From contig MU058531.1 in the NCBI GenBank assembly GCA_013265495.1, positions 2,356,911 to 2,420,910 on the forward strand: a stretch of 64,000 nt of DNA. The letters run 5' to 3'. Under the pieces are notes generated by a model that was not told the origin of the DNA, ran no database searches, and saw only the letters and a list, made by a program, of their open reading frames with translations. The position numbers and the translations under genes were made by a program. Of this stretch, positions 25,441-38,098 are shown piece after piece; positions within the stretch are counted from its first letter, which is position 1, and every line of letters begins with the position of its first letter. The DNA is from Vicugna vicugna. Taxonomy: Eukaryota.

Positions 25441-26739
25441 ATAGGAAGGATGTGCATATTTGAAAGCCAGAGGTACGCCATGCCCTGCAGAGTGGTAGGA
25501 GCTGGCAGAGCGGTAGGAGCTGGCAGAGCCGTCCCCAGGCGGGCTGAAGTTTCTCAGGCTGCACTTCCACCTTTGGGGCCTCGTTGCTATTTTCTTCTCC
25601 GTGGAGTTCCCTCTTCTCTGCGGTGGGCTGGCTGCCAGATGCTGCCTGTATTGGCAGCCACAGGAAACCAATGCAACTGTGAAGTAATACTTCTGCCCCA
25701 GGGCTGGCTCCGCCCTGTTGACCAGGGTTTTTTAGATTTGCTCAACCAATTCCTTTTAATGTCTTGCCTAAAAAGGACTTCTCACCCAGCTCTGCTGCAC
25801 TGGAGAATGACTGACTGCCCCAGAGGCTTCCGACAAACAGCTTTCGGGGGATAGAAATGGTGAAGTGAACTTCTCTCTCCCAGCTCAACAGTTCAGATGT
25901 TTGGGGGTACCATTTTGCAGCCACTCTCCAATATGATGCTCATGTACCCAAATCAGATGTCAACGGAAGGGAGACAGGGCTTGCTTCTATAAAATCCCTC
26001 CAAGCCACTGGAATATAATGAGGCACTCTTAAAAAAATTATTTGCGTCAAGGCAATGTGCAAATTTTCACAAGTCTATAACCGGAAAGAAATTGAGTTAC
26101 ACCTAAAAAACTGTATACGTTAAGAAAGTAAGTGTTTTTTCTTTTTCTTTAAACAAATCTGAAACCATTTAAAATGAGAAATTGAAACAAGCTTAATGGT
26201 TTATTGCTTCTTTACACTCTGGTTATTCACGGAAGGCTCCCTATCTTCATAGCTTCCTCCCTTCCAGCTCCTGAGGTGGCAAGATGCCCTGTGAGCCACA
26301 TTTTGCCTCGGTTGTTCAGAGCATCACTTGAGAGCCACCACCCACCCCCCATTCAGGGCGGCTGGCTTCGAGTAGGTATCATAGCTTCCCATCCAGTGGA
26401 TTTTGCCTCTGTGTCTGGCACCTTGAGGTGAGCTCTTTGGCCATCTTTTTAGTTCACATCCGTGGATGCACCTGTTCCTGGATGCCATCTCTCAGAACCC
26501 CCTTAATGGCCACAGGGCCAGTTCCACTTCATCTTCAAGCCCTACACCGGAGTCAAGTTCCCAGGCTGGATCTAGCATCTTGGGCTCTCCTTTATCTGGG
26601 AAGAGAGTAGAGACATTTGGCTACAACTGTCTTAGGATAGTTGTGAATGCCAAGTGAAGACCAGCCCTTTCTGTAGATTGATGAGATTAAAATATTTTTC
26701 TAATTGCAAAAGCAATAAATGCACATATACACACCCCTA

Positions 26740-27450
26740 GATACAGAGATGTATAAAGTTTAAAATTGAAGTCCCTCATGTCAACCTCCTAGTAATAATT
26801 CTTTGCTATATACTATTCCAGATTTATTTCAGGGCATACTGAAAGTATTTTACTTTAAAAAAAAAAAGGAGAGAGAATGGAATGCCTACCAATTCTTCAA
26901 AAACTTGTATGTTTTCCTTAACAGCATATCTTGTGTAGACAGATTCAGATGCCATTATACACAGATTTACCCCTTATTTTATATGATTGTGGCTATTCCA
27001 CAGTGGAATGTACAATAATTTCTTTGCTTAATTCCTTACTGATGGACTTTGGACTATTCTGGATTTTTTTGGCTTAACAAACAGGGCAGTACTGAACATC
27101 TTTGTGCAAACATCTGTGTGTTCGTCAGTGTTTCTGTATAATTGTTGAGTTAAAGGATATACACATTTTAAATTTTAATAAACATTGCTAAATTGTGTAC
27201 CAGTGTACGAGTTGGCTGTCCACCCAAAAGTCTGAGAAGTCTTGTTTCCTCAAGCACTTATCAACTCTAGTATTATCAAATTTTGTAAATCGGATGGGCA
27301 AAAATATCTCGTTTTCATTTGTGTTTCTTTTATTAGTAGTAAAATTGAACATCTTTTAAGATGTTTTTTAGCTACCCATATTTCCTCTTCTGTGAGTTTT
27401 CTTTTTCTATCCTTTGTCCAATTTCCTGTTGAGATGTCTTTTTCTTACTG
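26740..27450 (-). mobile_element. Ancient L1ME 3' region
   Basis: cttactgatggac...gaacatctttgtgc...gaacatcttttaagatgtttttta. A further L1 ORF2 relic lies at ~28800-29060. Confidence 0.6.
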
Positions 27451-27454
27451 ACTG

Positions 27455-27812
27455 TGCATCAGTTAGGATGTTTTTGGCTATAATTACAGAATGCTTACTA
27501 AAATGTGGCTTATATTTATTGTTTACTGTGTCCCATAGCACAATGTCCTGAGGCAGGGTATTCCAGGGTTGGGCAGTGGCTTAGCAATCTTGGGTACAGA
27601 CTTCTGCTGCTGTGTTGCACTCAACTTGTCCTCTTGTGATTTCAAGATGTTTGCCATAGTTTCAGTCATCATATTCTAGACAACTGTCTCCAAAGCTCCC
27701 CAAAAGCCTGCTACCCCAAATCATTTATTATGGAGGAAAACTCTTCTTAGCAGCTTGCCTGCAGACATCTCCCCCAAACCAGGTCCCATTGGCCAGGATT
27801 AGGTCACATCTC
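27455..27812 (-). mobile_element. MLT1J/K-like MaLR LTR
   Basis: atcagttaggatgtttttggcta...tcaagatg...cattggccaggattaggtcacat. Confidence 0.55.
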
Positions 27813-30179
27813 CTTTTCTAGGATAAGATTCTCATGCATCTGGCATTTTTAATGAGACTTTTCCCCATTATTCACCATGCTGTCTCCTGAATTAGTTGAA
27901 GGTAAATGCAACTTGATTATAATGTAACGATTCAAATTTAGGACAAATGCTATACTTGAAATATAAGATTGTCCTTGGCTTTGAAGGATGTATCATTAAA
28001 GGCACAATGTGTGACTTGAGCATGGGCAGTCTAGCTCCTTAATATCTGGCCACTCTCTGTAAGTCATAATGTCACGAGCTTGGCCCGCGGATAACTCTCT
28101 GACTTTCTCTGCTGGACAGCCAGAGGCAGTAGGACTGCACCTGGTCTAAGTGGCCACTGTTAGTCCAGCTGGAATGTGCTGGCAGAATTTCTGGACCTCC
28201 TCAGATGAGATGAAGGAGGTTGGTTTCTTCGGACAGCAATAATAACACCTACCCTTTTAAATGGATACTGATTCCTGACTGGAGTGATCAGAAGCTGTAA
28301 CTCTCTTCACCCCTCTGGGTTTGGACTCTCCTCTCTTCTTCCTACCGGGCATAGACAGAATGGGAGGTGGGAGTTACAGTTTATTTTTGCTTTGCTTATT
28401 TGAGTCCGTGATCTCAGATGAAAGAGAGATTTGATCTTAGTTATGCTTTTGTAACTAGAAAATTATCTTTTAATCAGACTAAGAGACCCTCCCTCAGGTT
28501 CACATTCTCTACTCCCAGAGTCTCAATGGCATCTTCTGGGTACCAAGGCTCTGGATTTTTATAAAACTAAGGCTATGAACATAGAAGGTTGAGCTGCAGA
28601 ATCATTTAGCCGATCTTTAACCTTTTCCCATGATCTCTTCTAATTTTCTGTAATTCAGCAACCCCAACATGGAAGTTCAAACAAATGTCCCCTCTTCTTC
28701 CCTCCTTCCCCTATTCCTTACTTCATGACTAACACAACAGTTACACTGATACTTAAACTGACTGTTTATTAGGCTAAAGAAAGTATTCACTTTCATTTCT
28801 AACCATAGGGAATCCTAGATGACTATTATTTAAATTTATCCCTAATTATTTTGTTTTTGGATGCTATTGTGCATGGACTTAAACTTTTTCATTTCCAATT
28901 TTTTGTTGCTATCATATAGAAATACCACTGGTTTTTATATGTTGACTTTGTATCCTGAGACCTGGCTGTTAGTTTTACTAGGATTTTTTTTTTTTTGTAG
29001 ATTCCTTAGGCTTTCCTACATATATGGTCCTGCAGTCTGCGAATAAAGATAGTTCTGCTTATTCCATGGAAAGGCTGCAGGAGGATGTAGCCCCACAGGC
29101 AACCAGCTTGATGAGCAGGCGCATGGTTTAAATTTCGGATCTACTCACCCCTTGATTGAGCTGTATCAAGCAATGGAAAACCTGTCTAATCACATGTGGT
29201 GGTCTTTTCTGGCTCTTTGATTCTATGCATGCTGTTTGGTCTTTCTATTCCCCCAGTTTGAGCCTGTCTTTCCTTACTTGATGAATTTGATTTGGAAACT
29301 GGTTCACTTAGAGAGAGTTTTTAGTGTTTATCTTCTTTCTAAAGCATTTTTCTTCTGGCTGATGGAAAAACCTGCCATTCCTGGGGCATTAACCACCTTC
29401 CCTTTTCCATTTCTTTCTTTGGTTCCATATGACACTATTGCAATTACTCCCTCTAGACTCACCAGCCAGCTTGCCCACTGGCTCTTCCCTGATTTTTGCC
29501 AAGTGACTGTTCACCAGCAAGTAGTCTGGTGTCCTTTCCGAATGAAGGTCTGGGACATGCTCTGCTCTCACTTCTCAAAACTTTAAATTTCCTTTATCAA
29601 GCAACTTCTCATGCTGGGAAAACCACAGTTGGTCTCTACTGCTTCCCCCAGTCTCAAGTTCAAATTACTCGATAATACCTTTGATTCTTTATCTTGGTGA
29701 TGTATACACTTGCTTTGTTTGAATAGTTTATCCTCCAAATCTCACTTATTCTTTCAGCTCATTCTAATGATTTTTCTTTATCTCTCCTTTATCTATTTGG
29801 AGGTTACTTCTTTTTCTGATTAGCTCCTTTCTTTGTTAAAATAAAAGGACAAAATAATGTCCAATCAATAACTGCCACTGCAATAATTTTTTAGACTTCC
29901 TTCATGGAACCGTAGGTATAAGATTCTTTAAACGCAGTGGAACTTTATTTTTAGCAGATTATGATGACAGAATACAGTTTGTCGTAGCTATACAGAAGGC
30001 ACACGAGAGGATCAGGATGGAAATTGGCCCAAGGAAGTTCCACTCTCAAGCACAGGGATAATCCTGGATTTTTATTGATTGTTCCTTTTTCACTTTTCTT
30101 TCCAGTCTGCTTCTGCATTTCCTTGCCTCCAGCATCAGGTCATGTTCCTTGAGTCCTTTTTCTTTTTGGAAAACAGCAT

Positions 30180-30400
30180 GAGTAAGTGGAAGCAAAACAG
30201 ACTTTGGAGTATAAATAGACCTGGGTTTCAACATCACGTCTGCCTGTTACTAGTTGTGGGTCTCTGGGCAAGTCGTTTACCCTTTCAGAGTTTGAATCTT
30301 TCCTTCCAAGGATTGCCTTTGAAAGCATAAATAATATTTATAAGGCATCCGCATAGTGTCTGGCCCATAGAAGGTACTCGACACATGTTCCGTATGATTA
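30180..30400 (+). mobile_element. MIR
   Basis: agactttggagt...agacctgggtttcaa...gggcaagtcgtttacc...catagtgtctggcccatagaagg. Confidence 0.7.
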
Positions 30401-30408
30401 TTACCTTT

Positions 30409-30458
30409 TTTTTAAACATTTTTATTGATTTATAATCATTTTACAATGTTGTGTCAAA
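30409..30458 (-). mobile_element. 50-bp young L1 3' terminus insertion
   Basis: Perfect 13-bp TSD gattattaccttt (30396-30408 / 30459-30471); body matches the 3' end of the L1 at 38099. Confidence 0.9.
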
Positions 30459-30849
30459 GATTATTACCTTTATCGCTCTGCCTCTCTTCCTCCCATACTC
30501 TTTCTGTAATCGCTTGCTATCCATGAATAGGTTTGGATGATCTATACATTTATGATCTTTGAAAGTAGTGGTTTACCTCCTCTTTCCTCTTAACATTAGG
30601 TCAACAATGTGATATATCTGCCGAAGAAATACCTTGTGCAGTCTTAGCCCAAATTATAAGGAAATGCATATAAACTGAACGTGTCCAGAATCATAATGTT
30701 AGAGCCTGAATGAATTTTAGAGGCCAGCTGCTTCAACTCTTCTTATTTTACAGATGACTGACTAGCATGGATAAGTTATTTGCCTAAAGCCCATGGTAGG
30801 GTATATGTGAATACCCAGATTTCCTCACTTTAGGAAAAGAATTTTTTAA

Positions 30850-31140
30850 AAAACTGAGGCAAAATTCACATCATAAATTAACCACTTAAAAGTTACAATT
30901 CAGTGGCAGTTAGTACATTCACAATGTGCAACCAAGACCTTTATCTAGTTCCAAAGCATTTTCATCAGCCCGTATACATTAAGCAGTCACTCCCCATCCT
31001 CCCTCAGCCAGCCCCTGGAAACCACTAATCTGCTTTCTGTCTCTATGGATTTGTCTATTCTAGGATATTACATATAAATGGAATCATACTACATGACCTT
31101 TTGTGCCTGACTTCTTTCACTTACCATAATATTTTCAGTT
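30850..31140 (-). mobile_element. L1MB-type 3' end
   Basis: aattcagtggcagttagtacattcacaatg...accactaatctgctttctgtctctatggatttg. Confidence 0.8.
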
Positions 31141-32519
31141 CATGCTCATTGTTCAAAAATTCAGACACTATAGGAAAAATAATAAAGAAAATTAAAAATA
31201 TTCTGTAACCTCACCCACCATTGATAAACAGTATGGTGATAGCTGCTTTTCCCACTGTCTCCAGCATAAATAGGTTTACACTATTCACACCTTGTACTTG
31301 AATTTGATTTTCCACTTTATGCTGTACATGAAACAGGTTCCTGTGTTGACACATAGAGATCTCTTTATTCTCTTTTATGGACTGTATGGTGTTTCACTAC
31401 ATGGTTTTAGTCCAGGTTGTTTAACAAACCTGCTGGTGAACATCCTCCCTCGACCCCCCTCAATTCTTTGCTAAGTAAAATAGTTTGTATCCTAACCCGC
31501 TGAGTGTGAATTGCTTTGAAATCTCGGTATTGGAGAAAAATAAACAGGAAAGGCTTCTCTTTCTCTAGGGTCAGCTGGATACACTGGAAAATGGATGCAA
31601 CTGTAACAACTTGATAAACTTTGAGGTTGCTTCTGATTTCAGATTCTTTGATTCTCGGGATTAATACCAAAATCATGGTAGCTCTACGGCAGGGGCATAG
31701 AGGCAAATGTCCAGGAATGGCAGTTAGGAGGCCTGGGGTTAGCTTTCATTTTACTAAGGACTAGCTCTGGGCCTTTGGAAAGTTAACTTACCTCTTCTGA
31801 CTTCAAGTTCCTCATCTGTGAAATTAGGTGAATAAACGATTTAGTAACTAGTTAGCTCTAGTTAGTCACCGGAACTGGATGCTGTGATGGACTTCAGTTG
31901 AGGTCACTGCCCAGTTAACAGTGATTCCCCTTCTGCAGGAACAGCTCTGTTTCATTAGGGTAGGTCCCCAGGAGCCATATTGTGCTATGACACCCTCCTC
32001 TCTCAGCCATGTCTGTTAGTGGAAGCCCTTTATCATAAGTCAATCCAATCAAAATCCTTCTTTAGGATTTTTGAATCTGAACCTCAGAAAGTGTGGGCAG
32101 TTCCTCTCTTGTGGTGGGAGGATGTGAGAAGTGAAACCTGGTAGCCATTGGTAACCATATATTATCAGCATATCAAGATTCTAATATGGAGAAGGAAGGG
32201 GTGGGACCCCTGTGCTATGGGTTAATGGGCGACAGTAATCACATAAAAAAGAAGCTACCTCTAAATGCAATGTGGTATCCTGGAACAGAGAGAGGGCAGC
32301 GGAAAAGCTGGTAGTCCAAGTAAAGTCTATAGTTTTGTTAATAGTGTCAAACCAATGTTAATTTTTTAGTTTCAACAAAGATGTCCTGGTTATATTAAGG
32401 GAAGCTGGTGAACTCTCTAAACTTTGTATCTTTGTAACATCAACATCATATGCTTCCTGATATGTTGTGATGAGAAGTACACAACATCATTCCTGTGTTG
32501 TTCTTTTAAAAAATGCATA

Positions 32520-34210
32520 CAATTATCCATCAGGATCTGCATGAGATTGGTTTCAGGATCCCCCATAGAGATAAAAATCCTTGGATGCTTATATAAAATG
32601 GTGTAATAATTGCATATAACCTACACACATTCTCCTCCACTCTTTAAATCATCTCTAGATTACTTAACAATGCTTTATTACAATGTAAATGCTATGTAAA
32701 TAGTTCCGTGTGTGGCAAATTCAAGTTGCTTTTTGGAACTTTCTGGATTTTTTTTCAAAATTTTTTTCTTTATTGAAGTACAATCAGTTACAATGTGTCA
32801 ATTTATGGTCTACAGCACAATGTCCCAGTCATGCATATACATACATATATTCATTTTCATATTCTTTTTCATTAAAGGTTATTACAAGATATTGAATATA
32901 GTTCCCTGTGCTATGCAGAAGAAACTTATTTTTTTAATCTTTATATATGTAGTGGCTAACATTTACAAATCTCAAACTCCCAAATTTATCCCTTCCCGTC
33001 CCCTTTCTCTGGTAACTTTAAGATTGTTTACTAAGTCTGTGAGTCTGTTTCTGTTTTGTATATGAGTTCATAGTGTCCTTTTCTTTCTTTCTTTCTTTTT
33101 TAGATTCCACATATGAGTGATATCATACGGTATTTGCCTTTCTCTTTCTGGCATACTTCACTTAGAATGATGATCTCTAGGTCCATCCATGTTGCTGCAA
33201 ATGGCATTATTTTATTCTTTTTAATGGCTGAGTAGTATTCCATTGAGTAAATATACTACAACTTCTTTATCCAATCATCTGTCAATGGACATTTAGGTTG
33301 CTTCCATGTCTTGGCTATTGTATATAGTGCTGCAGTGAACACTGGGGTGCATGTATCTTTTTGCATTAAAGTTCCCTCTGTATATATACCCAGAAGTGGG
33401 ATTTCTGGATCATATGGTAAGTCTATTTCTAGTTTTTTGAGGAGTGTCCATACTGTTTTCCATAATGTCTGACCAAACTATATTCCCACCAACAGTGTAG
33501 GAGGGTTCCCTTTCCTCCACACCCTCTCTAGCATTTATCGTTCATGGGCTTTTGAATGATGGCCATTCTGACTGGTGTGAGGTGATACCTCACTGTAGTT
33601 TTGATTTGCATTTCTCTGATAATCAGTGATACTGAGCATTTTTTCATGTGCCTATTGGCCATTTGTAGGTCTTCATTGATGAATTGCTTGTTTAGGTCCT
33701 CTGTCCATTTTTGGATTGGGTGGTTTGTTTGTTTTTGTTACTAAGTTGTATGAGCTGTTTGTATATTCTGGAAATTAAGCCTTTGTCAGTTGTATCATTT
33801 GCAAATATTTTTTCCTATTCTGTAGGTTGTCGTTTTGTTTTGCTTATGGTTTCCTTTGCTGTGCAAAAGCTTTTAAGTTTAATTAGGTCTCATTTGTTAA
33901 TTTTTGCTCTTATTTCTATTGCCTGGGTAGACTGCCCTAGGAGAACATTGCTAAGATTTATGTCAGAGAATGTTTTGCCTGTGTTTTCTTGTAGGAGGTT
34001 TATCGTGGTATATTTAAGTCTTTAACCCATTCTGAGTGTATTTTTGTGTGTGGTGTGAGGGAGTGTTCTAACTTCATTGATTTACATGCTGCTGTCCTGT
34101 TTTCCAGCACCACTTGCTGAAAAGACTGTCTTTTCTCCATTTTTTTCAAATATTTTTGATCCACGGTTGAATCCATGGGTGCAGAATCCGAGGATAAGGA
34201 GGGCTGACTG
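32520..34210 (+). mobile_element. MER2-like TcMar-Tigger element split by an L1
   Basis: TA flanks at 32518-32519 and 34211-34212; tatataaaatgg...tttaaatcatctctagattactta; end gataaggagggctgactg. Confidence 0.8.
32761..34138 (-). mobile_element. 5'-truncated lineage-specific L1 with degraded ORF2 C-terminus
   Basis: 3' UTR plus ORF2 homologous to the 38099 copy; approximate TSD tttttttcaaa. Confidence 0.92.
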
Positions 34211-34677
34211 TACTTGCATTTACCCACGGGGAAACATCACTGAGAGATATTCTGTAAATGACTAGATGGTGTCCTTCAAAAATATCAAGGTCATGAAAGA
34301 CAGAGAAAGATTGAGGAACTCTCCCAGACTGGGGATGCTTTGGAGACAAGAAAACTAAATGTAATGTATGATCCTGGAGTCCATCTTGGACTTGAAAAAG
34401 ATCATCAGTGAGGTTATTGGAAACATCTGAATAAGGTCTGCAGATTTGCTAATATTGTATCAATTCTAATTTCTTGGTTTTGATAATTGTTCTGTGGTCA
34501 TAAAAGATGTTAACATTTGGGCAAGCTGTGGGAACAGTATACAGGAATTCTTTGTATTATTTTTGCAGGAAAGTGGGAATTAGGTTTGTTTCTTCTCTTT
34601 TCCTCACCCCCATTAAATCTATCATTAAATCTTGCTTATTTTACCTCTAAAACATATCTCAGCTTTGTCAGCTTTTA

Positions 34678-35162
34678 TTGCAGAAGTTGTTGACTGTCCC
34701 CCTGTGCTTGTTGTTCCTTTCGTCCTTGATCATAGAACTGTTGATTTTCAGATAGGCTATAGTCTCTAGAATAACAATTTTATTTCCAGCACTCCTTGCA
34801 GCCAGATGGGGCCACATGACTAAGTTCTATCCAATGAGGTGTAACTAAAAGTGTCATGTCTCATTTCTAGACATAGTCTTAAAGGGAGGGGACATAACTT
34901 TTTTCCCCTTTCTCATTTATGTTGGCTGGAATGAAAACAATATAGCTGGAATTAGAGCAGCCATCCTGGACTAGGAGATGAAAGTCACATGATGAGAAAC
35001 AAGATAGAAAGAATCTGGTCCTTGGTAATTGTAGAGACTCCAGTCTAATTCTAGTCTAATTATGTGTAGACTTCAATTATGTGGAGAGAAATAAAATCTA
35101 TCTGTCCAAGACATTGTCATTTGGAGTTTTCTGTTGCAGTTACTCCTAATCCCACTTGATAA
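34678..35162 (+). mobile_element. MLT1J/K-like MaLR LTR inside an L2 (~34590-35700)
   Basis: ccttgcagccagatggggccacatgactaagttctatccaatga...gcagccatcctggac...gagaaataaaatcta. Confidence 0.65.
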
Positions 35163-35739
35163 AATGTCTATTTCAAGCTTCAATCCCTTGGTCCAAACCC
35201 CACCTGTCCCACCTGACTGCTGCAATGCTATCCTAACTGTCCCCATCACATCCAATCTTGACCTCTCTCTCCATTCAGTTCTACATACTCCAACCAGAGT
35301 ATCCTCATAATTATACCTACAAGATCAGATCATCCCTCTGTTTCTAATCTTTTAGTGAATTTCCATTAGTTTTAGAATAAGTTCAAAGTTCTCAACACAG
35401 ACCATTATCTAGCCCCTGAAAATTCAGCTCATCTCTTGCTCCTCCCTAACCCTCCTCATTCTCTGGCCTTTAATCATATTGAGGCTTCAGATATCCTATG
35501 CCCTCTACTTTTGTTCCATTTATCTGAAATCTTCTTTCCCCAGTACCTACTGCCTAACTAACTCCTACTAAACTTTCAGGTCCCTGAGGAAATGTAACTT
35601 TCTCAGGAATTGTAGTCAGGGGCCATTGCTATGCTTCCTCGTGGCATTGCAGAGGTTTTAAAAAGTCTTTACTTCCACTTACGTAATTAATTGTGTAATT
35701 ACTCATTTAATGTTTCACATGCTATATAGGCTTAATGTG

Positions 35740-35925
35740 CCTAGAGATGCATTCAGTTGACCATGAAGATTTTTTTGGTTTTTGCTTTTTAAAAAAAAAA
35801 AATTAAACTTGAAGAACTTTAGTCAGTACATCCTCTTTTTGGTTTGTCACAGGTCCTACCAATTCATGCCGCTTCACAGACTCATGTCTCTTTCCTGTGT
35901 CCTCTAGGCATTTGTATCTTTGACC
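35740..35925 (-). mobile_element. MER102-like hAT fragment
   Basis: Ends taggcatttgtatctttgacc. Confidence 0.4.
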
Positions 35926-36446
35926 TATTTCCTCCAGTAAACTAGAGGCTCCATTAGAGTGAATATAGTGTTTGTCTTTCACATCACTCTGTGCTTTCTA
36001 TCCTAATATGCTTGAAAATCCTTTTCCAGATGCTCTGGAAATCCTTGTCAAATGAATGAAGACAAATGAATGTACTGCCCTTGTTACAATTATTAATAGA
36101 CTTTTTCTTCCTTTGGTTTTATTTTCAATATAAGATACTATATAGAGTTAAGAGTGGGGAAGTACCCACTTGGTAACTATTTCAAAACAAATTTTGAACA
36201 AACTTAGCACAAGATTCTGAACTTTAAAGTTAACTTTTACCTTTTTTTTTTAAATGTTTTAAAAAGAGGGGAAGGGAAAGGGGAGCCTCCTTCTCTTGGA
36301 TTTCCAGGTCCAAATGGTTTCAGCTCTATCTTGAATCAACTGACCCTTGCTTCCCTATTGTCTTTCCATTGTATTCTTAACAGCATTATATCAACATCTT
36401 AGCTGAAGCTTATTGAAAGGCACTACTTTTGGAGACTGTGCTCATA

Positions 36447-36600
36447 TGGGGCCATTGTGTATGGCTGTGCAAACTGTGCACTGTACACAGGCACCCTGAT
36501 AGGGGCCAATGAGGGCTGAAATCCAGCCTGTGTTCCCCACTAAGCTGCTATGCACCCTGGAGCAGGGCTTCCTCAGCCCAGAGGAGGAAGGTACCCTGTG
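36447..36600 (+). mobile_element. MER91A-like hAT element
   Basis: ctgtgcaaactgtgcactgtacacaggcacc...gggctgaaatccagcc. Confidence 0.6.
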
Positions 36601-36959
36601 CACCAGCAGCAGACCTGTGCTCCTGGGGAGCAAGTGCTTTTCTTTGCCACCCCTAGCCTTGATCCTTGCCACAGAAGAGAAGCTGCAAGAGAGAATGAAA
36701 CTAACACCCAAAGCTAGTGATGGAGAGAGAGGGATTCTGTAGAGAATCCAGTCTTATATTTCCTCTTGTCTTAACCAAGAGACTGTATCCTGGCTTACCT
36801 AAGATTTGGTAGTTCAACCTCTTTTTAAATTAAATTTCCCCCTTTTAGTTTAGTTTTAGCTAGTTTGATTGAGTTTTTCTTTCTTGCAGACTATCTTAGA
36901 TCTCTTCCAGTTCTAATATACAGCACAATAACCATAGGATCAACTGGGACAGATAGCTG

Positions 36960-37260
36960 TAGTGGTATTCTGTTTCACAACCAGCTATGGCAGATATGGC
37001 AGGCGATGATTTATAGCATTTTATGACTTCTGTGGTGTAGATTCTGCAACCATGGCTGATTTCAACCTACTGACTTGATGTCATCATCGAACACAGAGTT
37101 GGGAAGAATGTGCACAATTGAATCTCTCTCTCTATATATATATATATATAATAGAAGTATAGTCAGTTTACAACGTTGTGTCAATTTCTGGTGTACAGCA
37201 CAGTGCTTCAGTCGTATGTGAACAATTGACTCATAAGCATGCCTGTCCAGTACACTGCTG
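36960..37260 (-). mobile_element. MER63A-like hAT-Blackjack element carrying a ~90-bp L1 tail
   Basis: ccatggctgatttcaacctac...gagttgggaagaatgtgcacaat...ccagtacactgctg. Confidence 0.7.
37125..37215 (-). mobile_element. Short L1 3' tail with (TC)(TA) microsatellite in place of poly-T
   Basis: gaagtatagtcagtttacaacgttgtgtcaatttctggtgtacagca; TSD atgtgcacaattgaatc (37108-37124) / atgtgaacaattgactc (37216-37232). Confidence 0.8.
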
Positions 37261-38098
37261 GACAATTTCCATTAGGTCCAACTGTGTCCCCTGATAATTC
37301 CCCAGGCTAAATATGGCTTCAGATGTGCTCTGTTTGGTCTCTTAAGTGTTTAAAATATATTGGGTTAGTTGGCAGCATTTAAATATCATGATATTTTACC
37401 TAAAAATACATAACCCCAGCTTTTCAAGAGAAATGGGAATATATTGCAATATTGGGTATGGTTCTCAGAAAGGTTCAATGATTTATCCAAGGTGACATGG
37501 AGATTGTCCAAGGTGACATGAAGTGTAAATATCTGAACCAGAACAAGAACTCAGGTCTTGTGACTCCCAAACCAAAGCTTGTGCCACTTCTTCAAGTTGC
37601 CCTCTCATTTCCTTGTCCATTATCTCTTTACTACCATTTGCTTGCTTGGCATTTTGTCTGCAACTAGTGTTATCCAATTACAAAGCATAATGTGACCTCA
37701 GGTTGTTAAGATCATATCTATAGGGTTATAAGCAGGCGAGTCATGACAGAGATTCTGCCCATTGACCAATTCTCTTTCCTGTTCACTTTTACTTTTTAGA
37801 ATACTGATTGCTGTTTTGTGAAGACAACCCAGGTTAATTTCCAAAAAGGAGAAGAAGGAGGAGGAGGAGGGGGTGGAAGAAGAAGATAGCAAAGGACAGG
37901 GGAAAAGTAAAAAATTGCCCCCAACTTACCATTAACCCTTGTTATAAAAGGACATTACTTTAGACATCCTATGTAAACGCAGAGAAAAAGACACTCTGTG
38001 TAAATGCTAGTCAGAGATGGTATCATTCCAGATGTGCTATTTAAATTTTTGTTGTTGTTGTTTTGCTTTTTGGAGGGAGTTTAATCCTATTTGAATTT

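Larger units (their letters stand above)
32250..34570 (+). mobile_element. L1MC-type 3' region fragments flanking nested MER2 and L1
   Basis: taaatgcaatgtggtatcctgga...; ctaaatgtaatgtatgatcctgg...aacatctgaataaggtctg. Confidence 0.55.

Noticed and set aside
37486..37520. 14-bp duplication tccaaggtgacatg, plus similar micro-duplications near 35040, 46850 and 63190
   Set aside because: Ordinary slippage events with no sign of function.
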